Positions 14,201 through 26,100 of a stretch of 64,000 nucleotides of DNA are shown in pieces. Numbering within the stretch: position 1 is the stretch's first letter; every line of letters begins with the position of its first letter. The DNA lies in the NCBI GenBank assembly GCA_002633005.1, contig NMRA01000494.1, forward strand, positions 77,195 to 141,194, given 5' to 3'. The stretch is from Phoronis australis. Its lineage: Eukaryota; Animalia; Phoronida. A program made the translations under genes and the position numbers. The notes below the pieces were generated by a model, which was not told where the DNA came from, searched no databases, and was given only the letters and a program-made list of their open reading frames with translations.

Positions 14201-16775
14201 TATATTTTACTCGGACTAAGACTTCAATTTTATATATATCTCAATGATGGTAAGAAAGTTGAGCTGGCTTGTTAGTCAACTCTGAGACCGGCCTACTGAT
14301 TGCACTGACTTGTAAAAACGGTACTTAGCGGGTGTTTTGCGGACACATGAGGTGAACCTCCCCATTTTAGTTATTCCTTGAAAGTCAAAGGCCACTTAAG
14401 ATGATATCAAAGACAAGGCGAGATTGCAAGACTATTCCGTACATAAAACCAAAGCTTAGGATTTCCCTAGCATTCACTCGCATAACGGAACGGACCTGTT
14501 CTCTTTTGGCTCTGCTTATGCTCTTTGGGAAATGTGGATTGGCTTTGCAACGTAGCGTTCATTTTAATAAATCTTGTCCATCAGTGGCGATATAACCACT
14601 GTGCAGAAGAAATATGCATCAAGACACACAAATTATGCATACACTCGCAAACTATAGTATATGTACTGCCAACTATGTATATTGTCAATGCATAAGATCT
14701 GCGATCTTGCGCACAAGACGCGATCAAGCCTATTGGGCGCGAAGTCACTATTCTCTCACGGCACCGGGCGTGAGTCATGGTTTCATTTTCGGCAAGTAAG
14801 TCGTTTGATCACTAACTGGAAAGTGGCGCCTCTTCTGGGAATTACATAAGAAAATATTGGTGTTGTGAATTTGTTGTCTATGATCTATGATGCAATACAA
14901 GTTTTAATTGAAATTATGAGACTAATGAAGGAACGCGGGAAAAGTGAGCTATGAAGCGAGAGAGCTTACTCAAGGATCTAGGGGTGTGGTCCAATGGCAT
15001 TCGAACCGGAGACCTTTAGATTGGGATGCTGGATCCATTTGCCACACTGTATTTACATGTACGTAATAGCTGCGTCACGTTGGACACAGTAGCAACAGCA
15101 TAGTATGGAATGCAACATCTTCAATCTTATTTAGATCTGCGTGCAGCAAATTCGTCTCCTTCCGTACCCAGTGATTGTCAAAAATCGAAAGTAAGATCAA
15201 GTGGCCATTTTGTCGTAGTTAAATTTTCGTTCGTAATCTCAGAAGGATTATTTTCTCAAACCGTCACCACAAGCGAAGCGTTTCGAATAGCAAACTGTGT
15301 CCGGTTTGATTGCTTGACTTCTGTACAGTTGTTTGTGTGTCGGAAGTCTAAGGACCCTTTGGCATCGTGTTCTTGCGAAGTCATTGCTAGATAATTTGGA
15401 CCGCTGTTTTAGTATCGCCGTTTCAAATTTCCTTTAAGAATTTGTTTCTTTAAGTTGCAATTACTTCAAGGACCTTCGCTCTCGGTCTCTCTCATGTCGC
15501 AAGCCTCTACTATACCGCTGCCCTGCCAGCACGACAACGAACTCGAAATTCATTTAAGCCTTTTTATTTCATGCGGTTAAATGCAAATTTGAATCAAGAC
15601 ATCACAATTCTCACCATCACACTGTTGTACAAAATCTGTTTTCAAAGACTAAACTGTTCACCGGCTTTCAATGCACGTCATTTGCGCGGATTTTAGCGCA
15701 TGCCCTCTGAACGTGCTGACACGCATCTTGCTAAAATAACCAAATGACGTTGTAGGTTGTTTTTGCATAAAAACGGCAGTTGTTTGACCAAAAAACATGA
15801 TATTTTCCCAAAATGTAATCGATTGTTCGTTTTCAATTCAGAGCGTCTCCGGGAAAATTTCTCCACAACGTGTTGGGTAAAGAGTGGTAGCAGACTGACC
15901 TGACGAGTAATCGCCATAGGATCGAAAACCCCACAATATCTTCCTTCCATGAATTACTATGGTTGTTTTTAGACCACAAAAATGTGATAATGATTTCGGT
16001 TCTACCTCGGTCATTATCACATTTTTGAAGTCGCAAAACTAACATAATGAGCTCGGTGAAAGTCAATAATTTTACAATAAACGTTAATTTTTGTTTTTGC
16101 AGAAATCACTTTATGAAAGTTTGGCGGCCGAAGGAGCTCATTTGGATAAGCTAATCAACGGAGATAACACAACGGCTGCAAGCCCCAGGTACGTCACGCC
16201 TGGATGTAGATATGCAGACTTCGTCCAATAACATTGTTTAGGTCTAGTTTCAATCCCCGAATGCTGCATTTAAGAGTTTCTAAATAAATTATAAAACTAT
16301 AGAACATTCTTCTTAAAAGCTGTAGAACTAGACGTAGAGTTATAAACTTGACGTGCTTTCTTATGTCTGATTTCAGTGACAACTTACTGAAGGTTGAGAT
16401 CTTCTTCGACCAGCTCAACTACGAACATATTTACCAAGTGGAGGCATTCTCCGTAAGTGGGCCTTCCGTATCTCTCATGCTACTAAAATAACTTCTTGAA
16501 TAAACGCACCGCTCTGATATCATATAAATAATGTCTCGCTCTACTGAATAAACATGTCTCTAGTCAAAAGTTTTGAGCATCGTTGTAATTTAGTAACTTT
16601 CTTACCCTTTCAGTGGACGGATCTGTTAGCAGCACTAGGTGGAGTTGTTGGCCTCTTCCTTGGTATATCGGCAGTGGCCATCTTTGAATACTTTGAACTT
16701 GGAGTTATCTTGATTGCTCATTGCTGCACGTCGCGAACAAAACAGAAAAGCTCTGTGTCTCCTGTACCTCGGTGA
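5272..16775 (+). CDS. DEG/ENaC (ASIC/FaNaC/degenerin superfamily) amiloride-sensitive-type sodium channel subunit, 5'-partial, 12 exons
   Basis: GT-AG exons with consistent phases: 5272-5404 (EFPSITVCNLNPIR), 7088-7184, 8706-8848 (LGHQREKLIIHCTYEGEEC), 9117-9226 (HGNCYTFN), 10509-10672 (GLKLELNLEQHEY..AGARIVIH..PFP..ASPG), 10973-11089 (RLPYPFEDMC), 11891-12044 (CLKTCLQAKIIEKCDC), 13254-13329 (CDYCPVSC), 13991-14048 (SIAQWPS), 16103-16188, 16377-16452 (NLLKVEIFFDQLNYEHI), 16614-16775 (TM2 LLAALGGVVGLFLGISAVAIFEYFE, stop). About 458 codons with no internal stop. Confidence 0.95.
5530..5677. mobile_element. MITE, CATGGGCGGCGCAGCA TIR family (in channel intron)
   Basis: 16 bp TIRs CATGGGCGGCGCAGCA / TGCTGCGCCACCCATG (1 mismatch); flanks CACGTGT / CATGTGT resemble a 7 bp TSD. 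Related copies at 33221-33328 and 59297-59361. Confidence 0.7.
11466..11700. repeat. Compound microsatellite (AAT)n / (GACAGT)n, intronic
   Basis: Directly visible; it produces the spurious poly-N, poly-I and poly-L ORFs at 11225-11747. Confidence 0.95.
12710..12746. repeat. (CAC)n microsatellite, intronic
   Basis: About 12 CAC units, visible directly. Confidence 0.95.
14925..15049 (-). mobile_element. tRNA-derived SINE head remnant
   Basis: Minus strand: A-box-like TGGCAAATGG (15044-15035), B-box GGTTCGAATGCC (15007-14996), then TCCTTGAGTAAG, similar to the conserved CCTTGAGCAAG segment of metazoan SINE cores. No full cloverleaf. Confidence 0.5.
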
Positions 16776-17071
16776 CCTAATCTCATGTTTTAATTGATCA
16801 TTTTCTGCGAGTCATGTCACTACAGTGTACGTGCTGATCTATTCAAGCAAAGTGGCTTCGTCAATGAGTCACTTCGGCATTAAATTTCTGCTTTCTTCAA
16901 CGGAAATGAGAATGATCGAACTGCATCACATCATAGGGAATATTCAGGACTTATTTGCACGAAACAGTTTCGCGGAACAAATGTAAGTTCTCTGCAGACT
17001 TCCACTCAATGTCATTTGAATCACAATGTCAGTGCTTATGGCAAACCTGCAATGCAGAATTGTATAAGTTG

Positions 17072-17077
17072 AATAAA
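17072..17077 (+). promoter_or_regulatory. Candidate polyadenylation signal of the DEG/ENaC gene
   Basis: First AATAAA I noticed, about 300 nt after the stop codon at 16775. Confidence 0.35.
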
Positions 17078-17489
17078 ATTGTGGAGGTAAATTAACTTGA
17101 AACCGTGTTAGAGGGGGAGGGGGAAAGGGAGGGAGGAAGAGAGATTTAAAACGTTGATTAACTTATATACCAATTAATGAAAATAATGTGTCTGTGTACG
17201 TGCGTGTGTGCACGCGTGTATGAGTTGAGTACAACATAAAACAAATAAAGAATGTAAAATATGAGACCCTAATTATTATTTATTACTGATATATTTAACG
17301 TACCATTCAAAAACTGACATGAGACATCAATGGTATGAGTAATTCAATAAATAAATAAATAAATAAACGTGACATATTAGTAAAATTAAGTATATGTAAA
17401 GAGGTGCTACATGTACATATCTACACTCCACAGAATACAACATGATAAGCAATTTGTTAATGTGTAAGTGATAACTGCATTTGCATATA

Positions 17490-19270
17490 CAGGGTTGTAG
17501 TGTGAGGTAGGCACACGTAGGCGCAGCCAACCACCTTTTTGTTTTTTAATGTAGTGCCTACCCACCGTAAGTTACGGTACAGTGGGGCGTGCGCGCACGT
17601 GGGCGCAGCCAACCACCTTTCTAAATATTGAGGTAGCGTCTAAAGGCGCCGTACGTGACGGTTAAGTGGGGCGTAGTATTGAAACGATTACCTTACGGCA
17701 TCAATGCGCTGCTAAGCTGACGACAGCATTGTTGCCGAACATTTCGGCGCGCGCGACCACCAGGCATGCTTCGATGAGGTATTGGCAAACATTAAATAGC
17801 ACCAGTCTTACTTTGCTCTTTGAAGTGCACGCGGTTCCTGCAGCTGGTCATTCCAATGGACTCGTCCAAACGAGACGAAACATTGCTGACGAGTTATAAG
17901 TTAATTGATTTCTTTTAAATTTTGTGCCGCTCTGAAACGACAATCAGCTGGTTGCCAATTGGTACTAAAATATTTTAAGAAGATGCCGAGATCAGAAAGC
18001 ACGGCACCAAATCCTGCTGAAAGTGACTCATTGGCTGAAACTAGTATTCCTGAAACGGATCCCTCCACGTCTGAAACGAAATTATCTGCTGGTGATCCAG
18101 ATAATGACTCGTCACAGTGGCCAAGCAAGTGGAATTGCGATCAGTGGATGGAATTCAAGAAAAAGTATCCTTGGTTGGAACACAAGGATGGAAAGCTGGG
18201 TTGCGTTTCTTGCTATACTGTACTAGACCTAGGTTTGATGAAAGAAAGTGGCATATCAATATCTTCGGAGTGGACACAGTTTCTGATAAAAGCAGCTGGA
18301 ACTTCCCGACTGGCTAAAATTAAGTCGTTCAGGAGTAAAATCAGTCGTCATATGAGCTTTAAAGCCCACAACATTGCTCGAGGTATTGACGAAACGAAAA
18401 GTAAAAGAGCAATTGAAAATACAATGGTTAAAGTTACTGCTCATTAGCAGACCACAACGGAAAACGTCTTGAGAGCTTGAGAGCAGCATATTCACATACA
18501 TGTATTCAAACAAATCGTCCGTTCACGATCACGAGCATCTCATAAATCTTCTAAAACTGAATGGTTTGAATTTGGGTGTTACGCTCCATTCTCGTTTCAG
18601 TGCAACGTCCAGTTATGGCAGAAAATAGCAAGATAGCTGTGTTAGTCGATGAAGCGACAACGGTAAGCAAATTAAGCGAAGTGATCATTTACATACAATG
18701 TAAGAGCACCAATTGATGGTAGCGTTCCACTTTTTATAATGCTTGACCTTGTCCAGCTTGAACAACAAACTGCCGAATCGATTGAAGCGTCCCTCCTTAA
18801 CAGTCTACAACACTGTGGTTTTACGATAGAATATTTACACGAGCATCTCGTTGCATTTGCAAGTGACGGGGCCAGTGTCTTGACAGGAAAACGTTCTGAA
18901 TTTGCAACAAGATTACGCATACGCTTCCCTAGACTTTTGACAGGGCACTGCTTTAGAGTTAGCCGGTGAAGACAGAAACCTACACTAAAGTGATCGAAGT
19001 ATTTTTGGGATTACTGCGATACTTGGAAAGTCCCACCTTCATTCAGAATCTTGCGCTGATGCATGATGTGCTAGAAGAGCTGTCAAGCCGTTCTGGGGAT
19101 CTACAATGCAGAACCACAACAATACCGCAAGCAGACAAGCTTCTTCGTCGGACGGTTCGCGTCCTCAAGTCTATGGTTGATAATCCCGGGCAGGCATAAG
19201 CCACTAAACTGACATCCATTAAAGAGAAGAGGTTTGGGTGACTGGAAATGAAGGAAAACCTAAAAGGAAC
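17490..19270 (+). mobile_element. hAT DNA transposon remnant (KIAA1586/ZNF862-like transposase), degenerate
   Basis: Left end CAGGGTTGTAGTG with subterminal direct repeats (CACGTRGGCGCAGCCAACCACC twice). The ORF has a TTF-type zinc finger (KYPWLEHKDGKLGCVSC...RHMSFKAH), first catalytic D in AVLVDEATTVSK (~18640), LVAFASDGASVLTGK and FIQNLALMHDVLEELSSRSGDLQ. Multiple frameshifts and deletions. Confidence 0.85.
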
Positions 19271-19271
19271 T

Positions 19272-22200
19272 ACCGTGACCTTGCACCCTGGTCAGTGTTT
19301 CTGTGAAAAATATTTCGGCACCCCAAAAACCCTGGACTATAGGGCTAGGTTTTTTTGGTCGAAAACCTTTTTGTCTTCTTTGTGCATCTAATAGCCCCTT
19401 GACGTCTTTCAAATTTGATCTAGCCGTGTGACCTTATTAATGATCCAATCGAACTCAAACTTGGTGGGCCTTAGTTTCTCGGCATTCTTCGTCCATCTGG
19501 GAAAGAATTTTTGTAATTGGAGACAAAAATTTTTTCGGCCCCCAAAAACCCCTGGCCTATACATGTAGGCCTAGGTTTTTTTTTGGTCGAAAACCTTTTT
19601 TCTTCGATTTTAAAAATTCTTTGTGCATCTAATAGCCCCTTGTCTCCCCCCTCTACAAATGTAGGTATCATACTTTTCTTGGCCTTAGTAAGGGCCCAGG
19701 AGTGCCCCAAACTCACATACCCCCTTCACAATATCAGAAAAGTTGTGCCAAGATGAACTNATGCTTGACCTTGTCCAGCTTGAACAACAAACTGCCGAAT
19801 CGATTGAAGCGTCCCTCCTTAACAGTCTACAACACTGTGGTTTTACGATAGAATATTTACACGAGCATCTCGTTGCATTTGCAAGTGACGGGGCCAGTGC
19901 CTTGACAGGAAAATGTTCTGAATTTGCAACAAGATTACGCGAACTCTTCCCTAGACTTTTGACAGGACCCTGCTTTAGAGTTAGCCAGTGAAGACAGAAA
20001 CCGTCAATAAAGTGATCGGAGTATTTTTGGGATTATTGCGATACTTGGAAACTCCCACCTTCATTCATAATCTTGCGCTGATGCATGATGTGCTAGAAGA
20101 GCTGTCAAGCCTTTCTGTGGATCTACAATGCAGAACCACAACAATACCGCAAGCGGACAAGCTTATTCGTCGGAAGGTTCACGTCCTCAAGTCTATGGTT
20201 GATATTCCCGGGCAGGCAGTAGCCACTGCACTGACATGCATTAAAGAGAACAAGTTTGGGTGACTGGAAATGAAGGGAACATAAAAGAAACTACCGTGAC
20301 CTTGCACCCTGGTCAGTGTTGCTGTGAAAAAGTTTTCGGCACCCCAAAACCCCATTACTATAGGCCTAGGTTTTTTGGTCGCAAAACTTTTTGTTTCGAT
20401 TTTAAAAATTGTTTGTGCATCTAATAGCCCCTTGACGTCTTTCAAATTTGATCTTGCCGTGTGACCTAATTAATGATCCAATCGAACTCAAACTTGGTGG
20501 GCCTTAGTTTCTCGGCATTCTTCCTCCATCTGGGAAAGATTTTTAGGAATTGGAGACAAAAGTTTTTTCGGCCCCAAAAAAACCCTGGACTATACATGTA
20601 GGCCTAGGTTTTTTTGGTGGAAAACATTTTGACACCGATTTTAAAAATTCTTTGTGAATCTAATAGCCCCTTGTCTCCCCCCTCTAGTAATGTAAGTATC
20701 ATACTTTTCTTCACCTTAGTATGGGCCCAAGAGTGCCCAAAACTGCCTACCTCCTTCAAGATATCAGAAAGTTGTGCCGAGATGAACTACGGTTTTTGGA
20801 AGTCATATCTTCATGACCAATAACCTGAAGACTACCAAACCGAGACGTTTTCAAAGCAAGGTTAAGGGCAAGTTTTAAAATGTGTCTTATTTGTAGGTCC
20901 CTGTCTCCTGCGGGGTCAAGGTTTAAGGTCAACGTCACAGACTACCCCCCAATTTTCCAACTTTAATCCTCTGCCGTGACCTTATTAGGCCTCACCAGAA
21001 GTGGCGACTTACGTTTTTGGAGTCAGTAAGTAACAGGCTATCCAACGATGAAAGAAGTTTTGAAATCGAGGTCAAAAAATTTTTAGGCTGGAGAAAGGTC
21101 TCAAAATGACGTCTTTCAAATTTGATCATGCCGTGTGACCTCATTAATGATTCAATCGAACTCAAAATTGGTAGGCCTTAGTTTCTCGGCATTCTTCGTC
21201 CATCAGATAAAGAATTTTTCTAATTGGAGACAAAAATTTTTCCGGCCACCAAAAACCCCTGGACTATAGGCCTAGATTTTTATTTGGTCGATAACCTTTT
21301 TGTCTTCGATTTTAAAAATTCTTTGTGCATCTAATAGCCCCTTGTCTCCCCCTCCACAAATGTAGATATCATACTTTCCTTGGCATTAGTAAGGGCCCAG
21401 AATTGCCCCAAACTAACATACCCCCTTCACAATATGAGAAAAGTTTTGCCAAGATGAACTACGGTTTTTCGAAGTCATATCTTCATGACGAATAACCTGA
21501 CGACTACCAAACCGAGACATTTTCAAAGCAAGGTTAAGGGCAAGTTTTCAAATGCGTCTTATTTGTAGGTCCCCATCTCCTGCGGGGTCAGGGTTTAAGG
21601 TCAACGTCACAGACTCCCTACCAATTTTTCAGATTTAATCCTCAGCCGTGACCTTATTACGGCTCACCAGTGGTGACGACTTACGTTTTTGGAGTCAGTA
21701 AGTAAAAGGCTGTCCAACGATGAAAGAAGTTTTGAAATCGGGGTCAAAAAACTTTTAGGCGGGAAAAAGGTCTCAAAATGACGTCTTTAAAATTTGATCT
21801 TGCCGTGTGACCTCATTAATGATCCAATCGAACTCAAACTTGGAAGGCCTTAGTTTTTCGGCATTCTTCGTCCATCTGGGAAAGAATTTTTGTAATTGGA
21901 GACAAAAAAATTTTCAGTACCAAAATTTCCTGGACTATAGGCCTAGGATTTTTTTGGTCGAAAACCTTTTTTTCTTCGATTTTAAAAATTCTTGGTGCAT
22001 CTAATAGCCCCTTGTCTCCCCCTTCTACAAATGTAGGTATCATAGTCTTCTTGGCTTTAGTAAGGGCCCAGGAGTGCCCCAAACTCACAAACCCCCTTCA
22101 CAATATCAGAAAAGTTGTGCCAAGATAAACTACGGTTTTTCGAAATCATATCTTCATGACCAATAACCTGAAGACTACCAAACCGAGACATTTTTAAAGC

Positions 22201-22894
22201 AAGGTTAGTGGCAAGTTTTCAAATGCGTCTTATTTGTAGGTCCCTGTCTCCTGCGGGGTCAAAGTTTTAGGTCAACGTCACAGACTCCCCCAAATTTTCC
22301 AAATTTAATCCTCTGCCGTGACCATATTAGGGCTCACCAGAAGTTGCGACTTACGTTTTTGGAGACAGCAAGTAAAAGGCTATCCAACGTAGAAAGAAAT
22401 TTTGAAATCGGAGTCAAAAATTTTTTAGGCGAGAAAAGGTCTCAAAATGACGTCTTTCAACTTTGATTTTGCCGTGTGACCTCATTAATGATCCAATCGA
22501 ACTCAAACTTGGTAGGCCTTAGTTTCTCGGCATCTTTCGTCCATCTGGAAAAAGATTTTTTGTAATTGGAGACAAAATTTTTTTGGCCCCCAAAAACCCC
22601 TGGTTTTTTTTGGTCGAAAACCTTTTTGTCTTCGATTTTAAAAATTCTTTGTGCATCTAATTGCCCATTGTCTCCCCCCTCTACAAATGTAGGTATCATA
22701 CTTTTCTTGGCCTTAGTAAGAGTCCAGGAGTGCCCCCAACTCACATACCCCCTTCACAATATCAGAAACATTGTGCCAAGATGAACTACGTTTTTTCGAA
22801 GTCATATCTTCATGACCAATAACCTGAAGACTACCAAACCGAGACATTTTCAAAGCAAGGTTAAATGCAAGTTTTCAAATGTGTCTTATTTGTA
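19272..22894. repeat. Tandem array (satellite) with ~670 bp unit, about 3.7 units plus a partial copy
   Basis: An anchor beginning GACGTCTTT(C/A)AA recurs at 19401, 20434, 21108, 21780 and 22449 (spacings 674, 672, 669). The array is interrupted at 19760-20300 by the N and the hAT duplicate. Confidence 0.95.
19761..20300 (+). pseudogene. Second, diverged copy of the hAT transposase fragment
   Basis: Near-identical to 18739-19270 (MLDLVQLEQQTAESIE...ASDGAS; FIHNLALMHDVLEELSSLSVDLQ); starts exactly after the N at 19760. Confidence 0.85.
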
Positions 22895-23128
22895 CAGTAC
22901 TGATCTAAAGTATTTTCCTATCGAACGTGGCTAGGCCGCGTCCGGACACGGGTTCCAAACCGTGGTTGGACCGAGGCTAGCCCCAGTCCGGACTTCGTCT
23001 GATCGCGGTTAATCGAAGTTAAATCGCGTCCGTGCTATGCCTTGGCTTTGTTTTTATTTCGCTCCGAAAGCTGGAAATACTGAGGGGTTACTGTAAGTAA
23101 GCGTATGATGAGGCGATTACGTGTTCTA

Positions 23129-26100
23129 CGGTAAAGTCGCGTGATTTTCGGACACTTAAAATTAATTCCAATAGAAAAAATTCATTCTTGGACGAATCTC
23201 GCGAAACATCATTTCTGTGGAGTCCGAATTTGGCGGACCTCCAAATTTGGGTTTCCGCTAGTGTCTGAATTTCGTGGGTGTACATTATTTCGATGAGCGG
23301 TCGTAGTATCAACATTGCTGGCTCGGTCATTTGACAGCAGTACAATTGCAGGTAAATGAGACTCGATCAAATGGTCTGAGTGATTAATTTTTGAAAATCT
23401 GGCTTTCCGAATAAGAAATATGCGCCGTCGACGCACAAAGACCGTTCCCAACAAGTGTTGGTTCTTCTTTTCAGAGATACGCTTTCTCAATATGAAATAT
23501 TCGGCTTGCATTGCCGATGCTCAAAAACCGTTCTGGGCAAGTGACGGAATCTTTTCAAAACGGCGCTATCTCACGTGAAATATCGAGCTGCGTTGTGACT
23601 AGTCTTCCTGGTGACAAATATGGGCTTTTCAATGAGTGGGTTTGGTTTGCATTGTTGACGCACATAAAACGTTACAGAAAACCGATTCTCTTTTGTAAAA
23701 ATGCGTTTTCTCAATGAAAAAATGTCGAGTTTGCGCTGTCAACGCATGGTTTCCCAATAAAAAGCTGGATTTGCGTATTCGGCGCACAAAGAGGCTTCCC
23801 GACCATCAAAACGTGCGCTTTCTGAATTTTAACGAATTTTGCATTAAACGTAACAGTAATGGATGTGGTAACGAGTTCAATGAAAAAGTGACGACCAATG
23901 ACAAGAACATAGCATATATTTATGTTTATTAAACGTATCCATGCATTGTCTGCTGGTTACAAACCGAAACGCAAGTTAACTCTGACACGTTTATTTCCAC
24001 ATTAACTGAAAGCTCAGTTTCCACATGAAAATTTCAATTGAACAATTACCCAAAATGGATTACAAAAACAATCATGATAATAAAACGAGTAGTTTCTCAT
24101 CGACACGTGATCCCCATTTGTCGTCCTGGTAGTCGTCTGAATTGTTGAAGAAGCGCTGTCGTTCTACATGTTTAGGCCTATTGCAAACGATGGGAATGCG
24201 TACAGTGCTGCGCGGCTGAAGACACGATTAACTAACATATTGTATATATATAAGGGCGTTGTCTAGAAAGCAAACGCAATTTCAAATGCTACCAACATCA
24301 AATTCACCCAACCGTTTTTTTTTTTTAAATTAAAACCTTTCTCATCCACAGCCTTTGAAACGACCGATGTTAACTCAGTGATACACTGGCGCGTCTTCAT
24401 GCATCTGAGGTGAACTAACACACCTGGGTTCGCTTACGTTTTTAACCACAGTGAAAACTCTGACTTGTGAAATCTGTTTGTGGATGAAATGAAACTGATA
24501 ATCGTTAACATTTTCTGATAATCTGCGTGGAAGAAAACAGGGCCGTTTCTTCTGGTCGTCACCAGTTTAGCGCCGTCCACGGTCGTCACCAATTTCGAGC
24601 AGCTCAGTCTCCCTCAGTCACTACTAATTTACGCCGCCTACCCCCTCCCCTCGGCCTCCTGCTGCACACCAATGTCGATTTTGTGCCACTAATTCTAAGG
24701 AAGCCTGCTAGGTGCAACCCCCTGCCAAGACCGTTGTTGCGCACGTTGATACAATACTCAATAGGCTACTGGGCAGTTCACGACTGTTAGAAGAATCGAT
24801 TAGTGACGACCTGAAAAGAAAAACGAAAGCACTCAATTTGGGACAGGTGAACTCATGAAGGACGTAAACCAGGCAATTCAAGAAACGGTCTACTATTTAT
24901 ATACTTCATTTTATTTCTTAATATATATTTAACCAATTACAATTCATCTATGTCGACCGTTTTCATTTCATTGCGTCATATATTTGCTACAGTTAAGGAA
25001 AATAGCTCTTGTCTGCTGATGGACACTACACACTTCTGCTAACATTTAAAGTATGAACAGTCGCGAGTTTACTGAAGTCTCCTGTTAAGTACAGAAATGT
25101 TGTTGAAGAATAACAGTGACTATCTGAAGACAGGAATACATAACAAAATAAATATGGAAACACAAAACAAAAATCAAAACAACACTTACCTGTTGCAATA
25201 ACGCCTTAAATGCGAACGTACTGACCGACTTGCATGAACGGAATGTTAGTTGAACATGTTAGTAGAACAGAACTGTCTCAATGAAATGTTCATGATTTAC
25301 AGGTTTAAGAAGATCCACCGTATATTTCTGTATATAAATCCAGCAAAATATATGACAAATTTGCGTATCTTAAATTTTTCCCTAAAATATACCTGGGATG
25401 CATATCTGAGAATAAAAATGTATGCTTGAAAACTAAAAATAACGCTATTCCCACTAGGATATAATTAGGGTGAGCTACAGTATTTATACTGTGTTCATGT
25501 ATTCGGCATAGTTGAGTATAGGCCTTGGTGTATTTTTACATAAGACGTTTGGTTTCCCCAACTTATATACGGAAATCGCTGGTAATACTTCCCAAAATTA
25601 TTTACCCTTGCTACAAGTAAGGCATCACCTCGGGTAAAAATAGAACAATAATAAGCAATGTAACAGTCAACACAATTAAACACACTTACAGCTGAAATGC
25701 CTCTAAAACTATATTAAGTAATACAAAAAGCATGGTCTGTAGATTAAGATCACGTTTCTTTTTTGTCTCAAAACTATCAACTGAAGGCGGTAACATGGAC
25801 AAGAAGACAAGGTCCTGTGGAAAGTAGTTATGGAACTCCGGGTCGGAAACACCTATCAGGTTCCAAGCCCGTTGCATCGGAGTCCAGGTCCTGTATTCTT
25901 GTTAGCCTACCCCTAGGACCACAAAAAGCAACGACTACCAAATCGGATTCAACTGACTTGCCATTTTTCGAAATGATTGGTGGAGTGTTTTCTTAGTCGA
26001 CGCAAACAGAGAGTGCCACAGGGTCCCGGTGTCCTTGTCGGGATTCATCTTGATCTCAGGACACTATGGAGTTCAGGGTGTTGTACCTCTTACGGTACAG

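Noticed and set aside
19272-22894. CRISPR-like array or hammerhead-bearing satellite (CTGAAGA in each unit)
   Set aside because: Whole 670 bp units repeat with no unique spacers, and no stem II + GAAA follows CTGAAGA.
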